This document shows, one piece after another, positions 25,111-36,659 of a stretch of DNA of 50,957 nucleotides. Made by a program: the position numbers and the translations under genes. Each line of letters begins with the position of its first letter. The stretch's first letter is position 1. Below the pieces are notes generated by a model that was not told the origin of the DNA, searched no databases, and saw only the letters and a list, made by a program, of their open reading frames with translations. Source of the stretch: Squatina squatina. Its lineage: Eukaryota. The stretch spans positions 5,727,725-5,778,681 of the forward strand of contig JARFOE010000203.1 in NCBI GenBank assembly GCA_031763465.1, given 5' to 3'.

Positions 25111-26830
25111 ATGAATCCTCTAATCTTAATTCTTGGATTTCTGTTGCTGATGAGGCCCACCTCCACTCAAAAGAGGCTCGATGGAGCTCCCGGTCTGAGG
25201 ATCCGAGGAAAAGTAAGTTCTGGTCTGTAAATTTCTCCCATGTCTCCGCAGCCAGTGTTCAGGCAGTTTTATTTTAAAAAGAACAATTCTCTGTTTGAAT
25301 GTCACGGTTTCGTTGGTTGAGTGAAGGTGAAGGTGAGGTTGTAAGAAAGTCTGAAGAATTTACCCTGAACCAGTTCCACAGGTGAATCCCCTGATTGTTT
25401 ACTCTGAGCGGGTAGAGGGAATGGTGGCTCTTGTTTGCTGATCCAAACAGATCAGCAATAAAACCACAAATTACTGATCGGTGCTAAGTGGGCGGATCTC
25501 AGCCGGAGCATTGACCCGGTCGTGAAAGTCTGTAAGTGGCCTCAGTATCCAGTACTACGGAGGGGAAACTCCCAGTCACTGCTCCCGATCACTGCTACCT
25601 GCTGCACAGTGTGAGAGTGCGGACTCTGTGTGAGGACAGGATCGGGAGCTCCTTCAGTCACTTTCCCCCACACCCACTGCCCAGTCTCACAGATGAAGAA
25701 TGGTGAATTGGGAGCGATACTGGAGGTGTGTGTGGAACCGGTCCCCAGACACGAGTCAGCTTTTCATAGCATAACAGGAAATAGGATCAAAGGGGTTTCA
25801 GAACAGGTTTATTTAAATTGCATAATTCTGCAGCTGTCATAGTGATCGGGTTGAGAGAACACGGACTAAGTAGAGGAGACAAGCGGTGAATTGATCCATT
25901 GTCAGTAGCTGGGTGTCAGTTTGGCTCAGTTTGGAAGTTGAGTGAACAAGTTGTGGGTTGATGCCCCACACTGGTACATACAGCCTGGCACTGAGGAAAT
26001 GTTGCACTGTTGGAGGTAAAAATCCAGCACTGGGGGTGTGCTACACTGCTGGAGGTAAAAGCCCAGCACTGGGGGAGTGCTACACTGCTGGAGGTAAAAG
26101 CCCAGCACTGGGGGAGTGCTACACCGCTGGAGGTGTCATGTTATGGATGAAACGTTCAACAGGGACCCGCTTTACCTGTTCATGGGGCAGGAAACATGTG
26201 GTGACATTATTTGAAGAGCTGGGAGTTCTCCTAGTGTCTTGGACCAACCTCACTCCCTCAACCAACATGACCAGAAACTCCCCATCCTGTCAAATCCCAT
26301 TTGCTGTTTATGGGACTTTGCTGTGAGCCAATTGGCGGCCGCGTTTGCTACAGAACAGTGTCGTCACTTCAGAAACATCCGCTGTTTGTGAAACTCTTTG
26401 GGTCTTCTGGTGCCGGGAAAGGTTCTACATCAATGTCAGATCCTTCCTCTCCATGTCTCTGGTCTCAGATAGCGGGTGTGGGGGCTCCATTCGGAGGGAA
26501 CCCCCTTGGGCTGCCCTTCAGGACGAAGAGTGAGTCTGTGCAGGTCGGGGGAGGGGGAGCGGTGCGGGCTTTCATTAATATAAAAGGGTTAAGGTCCGTG
26601 TGTGGTCCAGAGTCAGTCCCAGTAACACTGACAGACTCAGCTTCATGTTTTCTCATTGTTCTCCCTCCCTCTGTGTACAGAACCATAAATCAATTCATTC
26701 TTCATTCTAGATTATAGGGCGCTGTGAGTCGTATAAAGGAATGTGTCGCGTCAACTGTAACGCAGATGAGGTGTCTTCCCTCGGCCTATTCTGCCGCGGT
26801 GAAACCGGATGTTGCAGACCGAAACAGTGA
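25111..26830 (+). CDS. Beta-defensin precursor, 2 exons (25111-25212, 26711-26830), 73 aa
   Basis: Exon 1 MNPLILILGFLLLMRPTSTQKRLDGAPGLRIRGK has a hydrophobic signal peptide and ends at a gtaagt donor (phase 0). Exon 2 follows ttcattctag and reads IIGRCESYKGMCRVNCNADEVSSLGLFCRGETGCCRPKQ*, with six cysteines spaced C-X6-C-X3-C-X11-C-X5-CC and G-X-C before Cys2. There is a TATA box upstream and AATAAA downstream. Confidence 0.88.
25930..26445 (+). mobile_element. SINE (probably DeuSINE/L2-tailed type) in the defensin intron, with an internal ~39 bp tandem repeat
   Basis: The tail TTGCTGTTTATGGGACTTTGCTGTG...AATTGGC is shared with other copies in the window (about 3100-3240 and 31550-31670, reverse). 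The unit CAGCACTGGGGGAGTGCTACACTGCTGGAGGTAAAAGCC occurs about 3-4 times. Confidence 0.55.
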
Positions 26831-26982
26831 AAGATCCAGTGATGGATTCCCTCCAGCCCGAGCTCTCCACCTTCTCACTGAATGAAACCTCCGCTCACGG
26901 GAAGCAGGCTCTGTTTGATTGTTTAGGTCCTGTAACCCCTGACCCTGTGTTACTGCTGTCTGAATAATGGGCTGTACTCAGA

Positions 26983-26988
26983 AATAAA
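26983..26988 (+). terminator. Polyadenylation signal of the beta-defensin gene
   Basis: AATAAA about 150 nt after the stop; conserved in the paralog at 19171-19176. Confidence 0.7.
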
Positions 26989-27299
26989 ACTCACTGCATT
27001 GATCACAGCTTAACATCCGTGTCTTGTTTCCCTTCAGGATCAGTGTGTCCGAGGACAAGGTGTTCGGGGGGTGGAATGAGGCTGGGAGAAGAGGTGGGGA
27101 ATTACAGGAAATGGGAAGAGGAACCCGCTGCAGGGAATTCCAAATAGTCTAAATTCCAATAACACATTCGGAAAGGTACTGGGATAACACTGGTGTCCCA
27201 GAGTGTCAGCACTCTGACTGTTCGGGGTTCAGAGGAGCTGAAGGCATTTCTTCAGGCAGATTGGAAGCAGACATAAATTGCATCAGACCCACAGACCTT

Positions 27300-27790
27300 T
27301 TGATGTGACAGTACAGAGGGAGATTTACTCTGTATCTAACCTGTACTATATCTACCCTTGGGAATATTTGATTGGACAGTGTAGAGGGAGCTTTACACTG
27401 TATCTAACCCATGCTATACCTGCCCTGGGAGTGTTTGATGGGACAGTGTAGAGGGAGTTTTACTCTGTATCTAACCCCGTGCTGTACATGCCCTGGGAGT
27501 GTTTGATGGGACAGTGTAGAGGGAGCTTTACCCTGTATCTATCCCGTGCTGTACCTGCCCTGGGAGTGTTTGATGGGACAGTGTAGAGGGAGTTTTACTC
27601 TGTATCTAACCCCGTGCTGTTCCTGCCCTGGGAGTGTTTGATGGGATAGTGTGGAGGGAGCATTACTCTGTATCTAACCCGTGCTGTACCTGTCCTGGGA
27701 GTGTTTGATGGGACAGTGTGGAGGGAGCTTTACCCTGTATCTACCCCGTGCTGTACCTGCCCTGGGAGTGTTTGATGGGACAGTGTAGAG
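27300..27790 (-). repeat. ~63 bp satellite array with homogeneous copies
   Basis: About 8 near-identical units of the same family as 8690-10365. Confidence 0.92.
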
Positions 27791-28224
27791 CAGGGTGGCC
27801 AGTATTTGGGCTGGAGGGCCATTTAACCAGTTTCGGTGAGTTGTTGAGGGTCACACACCAGTGTTCCCCCTGAGGGGCGGGGCCGGGCGGTCACGGACCA
27901 ATCCCGAGGTCACGTGCAGGAGGCTCAATAACGACACACAAATAAAATAGATTGTGATTCCAGCAACCATTCAAATTTGTTCTGGCATTTATTGTAAAAT
28001 GAGCCCCTCATGTCGTTTTCACACTTAATAAAAATAACAACACTTACGAACAGGCTGATGAACATGATGTAGGTTTACGAGTCACATTGAAAGGTGCACG
28101 GTCTGTTTATTCCAAATAGTCTGAATTCATTCTTACAGTGGAAAATGAGAGATCGATTCTGCTTCCACTGGCAATTCTAAACCAGTTATAAATCAAGGAT
28201 AATACCATTTATACACCATTTATC

Positions 28225-28515
28225 CAGGGGGCACAGTCTCAGGATAAGGGGTCGGCCATTTAAGACAGAGATGAGGAGGAATTCCTTCACTCAGGGGTTT
28301 GTGAATCTTTGGAATTCTTTACCCCAGAGGACTGTGGATGCTGAATCTCTGAGTATATTAAAGACTGTGACAGACAGATTGTTGGACTCCAGGGGAATCA
28401 AGGGATATGGAGATCAGGCGGGCTAGTGGAGTAGAGGTCGATGATCAGCCATGATCTTATTGAATGGTGGAGCAGGCTCGAGGGTTCGACTCCTGCTCCT
28501 ATTTCTTATGTTCTT
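28225..28515 (+). mobile_element. CR1 LINE 3' end
   Basis: RGHSLRIRGRPFKTEMRRNSFTQGFVNLWNSLP. Confidence 0.8.
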
Positions 28516-28539
28516 TAAAAACTGCACATAAACGTACAA

Positions 28540-29219
28540 TGTTTTGCTTTTTCTCTCTGTCTCACTTCATTTCTTTCTGTCTTTCTGCCAACGTTATTCT
28601 CTTCTTTTTCTCTCCCTGCTCTCTTTCTCTGTGGAGGTCTCTCTCTCCCTTGATCTTGTCTGTATCCCTCTCACTATCCCTCTGTCCTTCCATGTTGTCT
28701 ATCTTTCTCTCCCTCTTGTCTCTGTCCCCTCTCTGTTTCTCGCTCTCTTTATCTCTGAGTCTATTTTTCATCCCGTCAGTCATTCACTCTTTCTCCTGTC
28801 TCTACGCTTCTGTATTGCTGTTTTACTCTGTCCTCCCTATTCTCTCTACTCTGTGATTCTGTGTCTCTCTCCCCTTCTCACTCAGATTTCTCTGTCGCTC
28901 ACTCTCACTCTGTGTCTGTTTGTCCCTCTTTCCTTCTCTCTGCCCTGCTTTCACTCTGATTTACTCTCTGTTTCTCCATCTTGCACTCTGTCTCTCTCAT
29001 TGTCTACCCCTGTTACACTCGCACTCTCTTTCAGTCCCATTTCTCTCACTATCTTTCTGTTCTCTGTGCCCTCGCTCTGCTTTCTATCTGTTTCTCTCTG
29101 TGCCTATCTGTCTCCCATCTCTTGTCTTTCTCTCTCTCTCTAACTGTCGCTCCGTCCCTCCAGCTTGTCTATCTTTCTATCGCTCTTGTCCCTCTCCCTT
29201 CTCTCCCATTCTCCTGCTG
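28540..29219. repeat. CT-rich low-complexity tract
   Basis: Degenerate (CT)n; positional counterpart of 19528-20075. Confidence 0.85.
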
Positions 29220-29319
29220 NNNNNNNNNNNNNNNNNNNNNNNNNNNNNNNNNNNNNNNNNNNNNNNNNNNNNNNNNNNNNNNNNNNNNNNNNNNNNNNNN
29301 NNNNNNNNNNNNNNNNNNN

Positions 29320-29710
29320 ATTTTCAATTGACTTAGCCTCAATAGCTTTTTGGAGGAGTGAGTTCCAGATTTGTGTGAAGTGCTTTCTGACATCATCCCT
29401 GAATGGTCTGGCTCTAATTTTAAGGTTATGCTCACTTGTTCTGGACTCTCCCACCAGAGGAAATATTCTCTCTCTCTCTCGTAATCATCTTTAAACACCT
29501 CGGGTAGATCACCCACTAATCTTCTGTGTTCAAGGGAATACAAGCCTAATCTATTCAACCTGTCCTCATAATTTAACTTAGTCCTGGCACCATTCTGGTG
29601 AATCTGCGCTGCACCCATTCCAAGGTTAATATATCCTTCCTGAGGTGCCGTGCCCAGAACTGAATGCAGAACTCTAAATGGGGTCTAACCAGAGCTTTAT
29701 ATGTTTGTAA
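29320..29710 (-). mobile_element. CR1 LINE RT C-terminal fragment
   Basis: [20 protein letters not shown] and ESRTSEHNLKIRARPF motifs. Confidence 0.8.
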
Positions 29711-32700
29711 TTCACTGATTTCCTACTCCATATCAGGGTCATTGAGGCCAGAATCTCTGCACTCATTTTTAGTGTGCTGCACCTGCTTGAAAATGGTACC
29801 TCTCATTTAATAGAAAGTATAAGGGCGTTGTCTGCTGGGAGCACAGTGTGTTGCTATAATCAAATGTTGTCTTAGCTGGCATTGTGATACAGTCCTCAAG
29901 TCGGGCCTGTGCATTCAGCATTTCCTGTGCCAGCTTCCCCAAGATTTGAGTGTCGTAGAACTCTGACAAGGAAAGCGAAAATACTGCAAGGCAGCAATTG
30001 TGTTTAAGAGTATTGTGTCATCTGGCTCTATTCATTGGCTCCATTTCCACTCCCCAGCCCCACTCCTCTCCTGTAGATGCCAGAGCCTAGCAGAGAGTTG
30101 GGCACTGGCAACTCTCTGGTATCTTGCTCAGGTGGTCATGTTAGTCCAGTGTTCACAGACTATTCAACCATGAACGCCATTGCAGCTAAGCCTTGTTCTG
30201 GCCTCATTTATCATCCTTCAATACACACTTTCCAGTACAAGNNNNNNNNNNNNNNNNNNNNNNNNNNNNNNNNNNNNNNNNNNNNNNNNNNNNNNNNNNN
30301 NNNNNNNNNNNNNNNNNNNNNNNNNNNNNNNNNNNNNNNNNACCCGGGAATAGTGACTAAGAGCCCAATTCCGGGTCAGCAACCTTCGCTGCTGGCATTC
30401 CCATGGTGAGGAGGCCTCAAATGCCGGGTGCTGTCCAATTGAGCCCCCTAATTCTGTTTCTCTCTCCATAGATACTGTCTGACCTGCTGAGTGTTTCCAA
30501 CATTTTTACTTTTAAATTGTGTTTAACTTGGTTCCAAATTTTTCCTAAGCAGGATGGGTCCGAGGCTTGGGAGACTGACCAGGGAATCAGAGGTGAGCTA
30601 CAGTTCAGGTGGGTACTTAAAAACCTTCACTGTTCCATCTGAATAAAAGCTCAGTTATTGCAGCTGCTGTCTGAGTTCCCTCTGGCAAATGTTTGGCTGA
30701 GAGTGCTTGTGTGGATACAGCTTTGTTCAACATTGGAGGATTTCAAATTGGCAAGATCAGGATGGGAGGCGCCTTGGATGTGTTTGACAGCACATCAGAA
30801 GAGGAAGACCATCACCATCCACGGCAGCAACGGTATTTGTTCTGTGATGCGATCAGCACATGCACAGGAGGGAAATTTGCAGTTGGAGGAGGACAAAGGG
30901 GCTCATCGCTCAGCTTTGGATGAGGAGAGCAGAGAGAGGAGGAGCAGGAGAATGGAAACGGGGCACCCATCGGCAGACCAGCAGCTGCCAGGGCTGCCTT
31001 AATATCGCCACNNNNNNNNNNNNNNNNNNNNNNNNNNNNNNNNNNNNNNNNNNNNNNNNNNNNNNNNNNNNNNNNNNNNNNNNNNNNNNNNNNNNNNNNN
31101 NNNNNNNNNNNCTTATGACGTCATAGCGCCACGATAAAGTTTCAGCTAGCGCTTTGAGACTTAGAGGCCTTGCGCCCGTTTTGCGCCGGCGCTGACGGGA
31201 CCCGAATTTTGCGCCTGCGTTTGGATGCCCAAACATGTATGCCCGTTTTGCGCTGATTTCACGCCAAAAGTTTACCCGCGAATTTGGCGCCCACTGTCTC
31301 TTCCATATTAGTCCTCCCAAAGTGCATCACTTCACATTTCTCCGCTTTGAACTTCATCTGCCATGCTTCTACCCATTTCACCATCCTATCTCTGTCATCC
31401 TGAAGCCTAATAAATGCTTACAATTTTCTTCACAAAGTATAAGGCTAAAAAGAGTTAGAATCATAGGATGGTTACAGCACAGAAGGAGGCCATTCGGCCC
31501 GTCAAGCCTGTGCTGGCTCTCTGCAAGAGCACTTCAGCTGGTCCCACGACCTCCGGACATCTTAAAGCGCTTTACAGACAATGAAGTACAGTGACTTTTA
31601 ATGCAGAGAAAGTGGCAGCCAATGTGTGCACAGCAAGCTCCCACAAACAGCAGTGTGATAATGACCAGATTTGGAAGCGAGTTGCTGTAGACAGGCTGGG
31701 CTTCATTTCTCTATGGAGGACCACATCGAGTAAACGCTGAGGACCAGATCCACTATCCCGAAGGTAGAGTCTTGGATCCTCATTTTAGTGAGCTGAGAAT
31801 CCCAGTGACTCCTGGGACCTGTATGTGTTTACACTATTGAACGGACACCTGACCTAGCCTCCCTGGTCCACCATCTTCATATTCCCTAGCCTCTTGCCAG
31901 TCACAATTACTCAACCTCCCACTAACCTCCCCACTTTCCCAGACTCAGCACCAGTCCTCTGCTCTGTGTTCCAATAGCCTGACTTCAATCATTGATTCCA
32001 AGTTCAAAGAACTCCTAGTTAAAGCTGGCAATTAATCTCATTTGTTAATATGTAAAATAAACTTCCCATCATGGCTATAGAGAAAATACGGGTCAGTGCG
32101 ATTGGGTAAAGTAATGTGTGTACATGAAGCTGAAAACACCTTTGCATTACAAGTGGCAGGACAAGTTGATAAAGCTGTTAAAAAAGCATATGGGATTCTT
32201 GGTTTTATAATTCGAAGTATAGAGTGTAAAAGCAAGGAAGTGGTGGTAAACCTTTACAAATCACTGGTATGCTGCAACAGTCCTTGCTGATAGACTCGGC
32301 AATCAAAGACCTGAAATGGCATGAACTTGGGGTACTTGCCCAGTAGGTCCCCTATAAAAAGTTANNNNNNNNNNNNNNNNNNNNNNNNNNNNNNNNNNNN
32401 NNNNNNNNNNNNNNNNNNNNNNNNNNNNNNNNNNNNNNNNNNNNNNNNNNNNNNNNNNNNNNNNNNNNNNNNNNNNNNNNNNNNNNNNNNNNNNNNNNNN
32501 NNNNNNNNNNNNNNNNNNNNNNNNNNNNNNNNNNNNNNNNNNNNNNNNNNNNNNNNNNNNNNNNNNNNNNNNNNNNNNNNNNNNNNNNNNNNNNNNNNNN
32601 NNNNNNNNNNNNNNNNNNNNNNNNNNNNNNNNNNNNNNNNNNNNNNNNNNNNNNNNNNNNNNNNNNNNNNNNNNNNNNNNNNNNNNNNNNNNNNNNNNNN

Positions 32701-33501
32701 NNNNNNNNNNNNNNNNNNNNNNNNNNNNNNNNNNNNNNNNNNNNNNNNNNNNNNNNNNNNNNNNNNNNNNNNNNNNNNNNNNNNNNNNNNNNNNNNNNNN
32801 NNNNNNNNNNNNNNNNNNNNNNNNNNNNNNNNNNNNNNNNNNNNNNNNNNNNNNNNNNNNNNNNNNNNNNNNNNNNNNNNNNNNNNNNNNNNNNNNNNNN
32901 NNNNNNNNNNNNNNNNNNNNNNNNNNNNNNNNNNNNNNNNNNNNNNNNNNNNNNNNNNNNNNNNNNNNNNNNNNNNNNNNNNNNNNNNNNNNNNNNNNNN
33001 NNNNNNNNNNNNNNNNNNNNNNNNNNNNNNNNNNNNNNNNNNNNNNNNNNNNNNNNNNNNNNNNNNNNNNNNNNNNNNNNNNNNNNNNNNNNNNNNNNNN
33101 NNNNNNNNNNNNNNNNNNNNNNNNNNNNNNNNNNNNNNNNNNNNNNNNNNNNNNNNNNNNNNNNNNNNNNNNNNNNNNNNACTTGAGTGAGGGACTGGAC
33201 TGCTTGTGGGTACCCAATGCCCTAGTCCCCTTTGGCCCCAGTGATCTTCAGGAGAGGAGAGGAGAAAATTAAAGCACAAGGCCATGCGTTGAAATGAACT
33301 GTGATTCGCTCAACACCAGTTAACACATGCCAAGGCTCAGTGTGCACGTATGCACGATGAAGGATTCTTAAATTTCAGCGGGCTCTAATGGTTCCAATGG
33401 AACACAGGAACAGGAGTAGGCCATTCAGTTTGTTCAGCCCCCGTTCAATTAGATCAAGGCTGTATCTTAACTCCATCTACCCGCCTTTGTAAAATTTTGC
33501 C

Positions 33502-33578
33502 TCAGCCCCTAGATATTCCTCGAACCCCACAATCCCTGGCTTAGGAAGCCAGTGCCTTATCCATTAGGTCACTGGGGC
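33502..33578 (-). pseudogene. Decayed tRNA-Arg(CCT) copy
   Basis: The 5' two-thirds match 2294-2366; the T-arm and 3' acceptor strand are disrupted. Confidence 0.7.
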
Positions 33579-35906
33579 AACAATGGAACGTGAGAGCCAA
33601 CCAAATGGCAAAAACTGGACATTCGGTCTGTGCCTCAGACAGAGGCTGTCCCTGCACCATGACGATCAGCCAGCATGCGATCATCCCAAAGCGGGTAGCT
33701 GTGGTTAGTATCATGCCCGACTTTATTGGAGGCCGGGTGTGGTGGGGGTGTAAGAGGCGCAGAGGGAGCAGGAGAACAGTGATGCTGAGCAGGACTTGCT
33801 TTCCGGAATCGGCCATTGGCTCAGTCTCTACTCGCANNNNNNNNNNNNNNNNNNNNNNNNNNNNNNNNNNNNNNNNNNNNNNNNNNNNNNNNNNNNNNNN
33901 NNNNNNNNNNNNNNNNNNNNNNNNNNNNNNNNNNNNTAGGTATATTGCTGGGAGAGACCAGGGCAGTGATTTTAGTCTTTGATTGCTCTAGCTAAGACCT
34001 GGCACAGACACGATGGTTGAGTGGCCTCCTTCTGTGCTATAAACATTTATGGTTCAATGGCACACATCTCACCGGAAAATCTACAAATTTACATATAACA
34101 CAATGCAATCTGGTGTATTTCCCTATTCTATTATTGATTTATATTTTGTTCCAGGGTACAACATAATATATAATGCAAGGGTACACAACTATATTCCACT
34201 TACTGTATCCATTAATCTTACCGAGGCCTGGATAGGGCACTACGTTAATCCTAATTTTTAAGGTGGCCAATGAAAAATATTTCACTGTACTCTATCCCTT
34301 TATCTGTTACTCTCCCCCTCTCTTATATGTTTCCTGTAACTTAAATTCCTGTTCTCGTTAATTTTAACAAAAACGTAGATGTGCGTTTAAAGCAATGTTT
34401 CCTCCAGCAAAGACAGGAAAATTATAATACATTACAACAGTGACTACACTTCAGTCGTACCTCATTAGACATAAAGTGTTTTGGGATGTCCTGAGCTTGT
34501 GAAAGATGCTATACAAATGCAAGTTAGTTTCTTTCTTTGTTTCTTTCTTTCTTTCCTTCTTTGTTTCTTTTTTCTAGTAGTTTACTGTGGAATTGCTCAT
34601 GGTAAATGATTTTTGTCCATCTCTCATTCTGTAGCTGTGATTTCATTGTACACCTTTGTCTTATGTCATAATATCTGTTTTTGTCTTTAAGCTGAAATTT
34701 TGTCATTGTGATATTTGCACCTTACAATGGCGTCTTGGTTTATTTGTGTATAGAATTGAGATCATCCATTTAGCTGTCCCTGATGCACCCCTTCCCCTTA
34801 TCCACCAAGACAAATTTCCCCTAGGTTCTGCCCTGCCCAAGCTCTGAACCTGTGTCTTTCTCTAGTTTCTCTCCTATCTCACCTCATGCCCTCTCCGAGC
34901 TCATCTTTTCCATAAGATCCACCTTTTTGATCCCCTGATCCCATTCCGATTAAACTGCTGATCACCCAACTTCCCTTCCTGGACCGAATGGTAGATGACA
35001 TTGTAAGGGGGACTCGGCAGCCGCCATTTTGGTGAGGACCTTAGCGCTGCCGATATCAGCATTGGCCCTGGAGATGTAAGTGAAGAGAGAGTGACGTCAG
35101 TCATCGTGCAACACCGACTTGACACCATGTCTGTGAACTGTGACCTTTGTGGTGAGTTCAGCGCTGAGTCCTAAGCTCGCTCTGAAAAGCAAGCGTTCAG
35201 CAGACTGATAGAGACAATGTCTGCACTTGTAAAAGGGACACACACATCTTTCAGCTAAGTTTGAATTTAAGCTTTTGGACTTTTTTTATTTTATTGAAGT
35301 AGCGGTTTGATGTAATACATGTTAAAAGTTTATTAAGTATAGAGGGAGTGCTGGGAGTGCTACTGAACGCTTGCAAGGCCTCAGATGGTAAAGGAATACT
35401 TCTGAGAAGAAAGAAAATGCTGCAAATACTCAGCAACTCGTGGAGAGAGAAACAGAGTTCACCTCTCAGGTCGAGATGCTGGCTGGCCTGTTGAGTATTT
35501 CCAGCATTTTATGCTTTATCTCAGATTTACAGCATCTACTTGCAGAGGGAAGAGGAAGATGCAGAAGAGGAAGAAGCAGAAGAAGAGGAAGCAGAAGAAA
35601 GGATGCAAACACAACAGCCCCTTTCTCGTCAAGATATCCACGATGGAATCACCTGCCTGTGGTACCAGTAACCGCAACCTCAATTCCACTTTTAACATTT
35701 GTCCCACACCTTACCTTCCCTCTGTTACTGACCATCAGTGTCCTTTGGCCACAATGTTGAGATAAAAGCTACCACAAAGCAAATTTTCCAATCCAACCTT
35801 ATACATNNNNNNNNNNNNNNNNNNNNNNNNNNNNNNNNNNNNNNNNNNNNNNNNNNNNNNNNNNNNNNNNNNNNNNNNNNNNNNNNNNNNNNNNNNNNNN
35901 NNNNNN

Positions 35907-36230
35907 CAAGCCCTATCCACTTGAGTCGCAACTTTCAAAGATCTATGAACATGGACTCCTAGATCCCTCTGTTCCTCCACCTCTCCAAGAACCCTACCGT
36001 TAATTCTATACTCCGCATTCGTATTAGTCCTTCCAAAATGGACCACCTCACACTTGGCAAGGTTAAACTCCATCTGCCATTATGTCCTCATAATTTAACC
36101 CTTTTACCACATGTATCATTCTGGGGGAATCCACACTGCAACCCCTCCAAGGCCAATATAACCTTCCTGAGGTGCAAGTGCCCAGAACTGAATGCAGTGT
36201 CTAAATGTGGTCTAACCAGTATCATCAAGC
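35907..36230 (-). mobile_element. CR1 LINE RT fragments
   Basis: MEFNLAKCEVVHFGRTN...EQRDLGVHVHRSLK and LVRPHL. Confidence 0.85.
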
Positions 36231-36659
36231 GCCAAAAGCTAATTTGCATGACTTTTCCATTTGCTTGATTGTAATCAGGGTCTTGAGACTGATAAAGAAA
36301 AGAACAAAAGCACACCAAACAAAGAGGAATAAAAATTCGAGACATTTTAATACAAACCTTGTGCTCAAAAAACAAGATTGCCAAAATTAACATTCTTTAT
36401 TGAAAGTTAATGAAAGCAGTAAAATATTTCTAATGTCAGTTATTATTTCTCAGAGAAAAAAAGGTGCCTGCATTTCAGTAGAATTGGATGGCTAGGCAGT
36501 AATGGAACACTGATTAGATGTAGTTTAACTGTTTTCCTAAACAACATGAACTGCCTCATCACTATCCGCAGACTTAGTTACCTGCCAATTGATTTTCAGT
36601 ACAAATAAAAATGTAAAATAGAAGTACTACCTGTATTTAAAAATAAGGACAGAAAATAT

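Noticed and set aside
24870-25166. Minus-strand ORF containing GSGSALTIS, reminiscent of an Ig V framework
   Set aside because: It lacks the V-domain Cys, Trp and YYC motifs and is antisense to the defensin promoter and exon 1.
32303-33285. Long ORFs of about 300 aa (also 48110-48823)
   Set aside because: Almost entirely N-gap.
35511-35765. Highly basic, protamine-like ORFs
   Set aside because: Caused by a short GAA/GCA-rich microsatellite next to an interspersed repeat.
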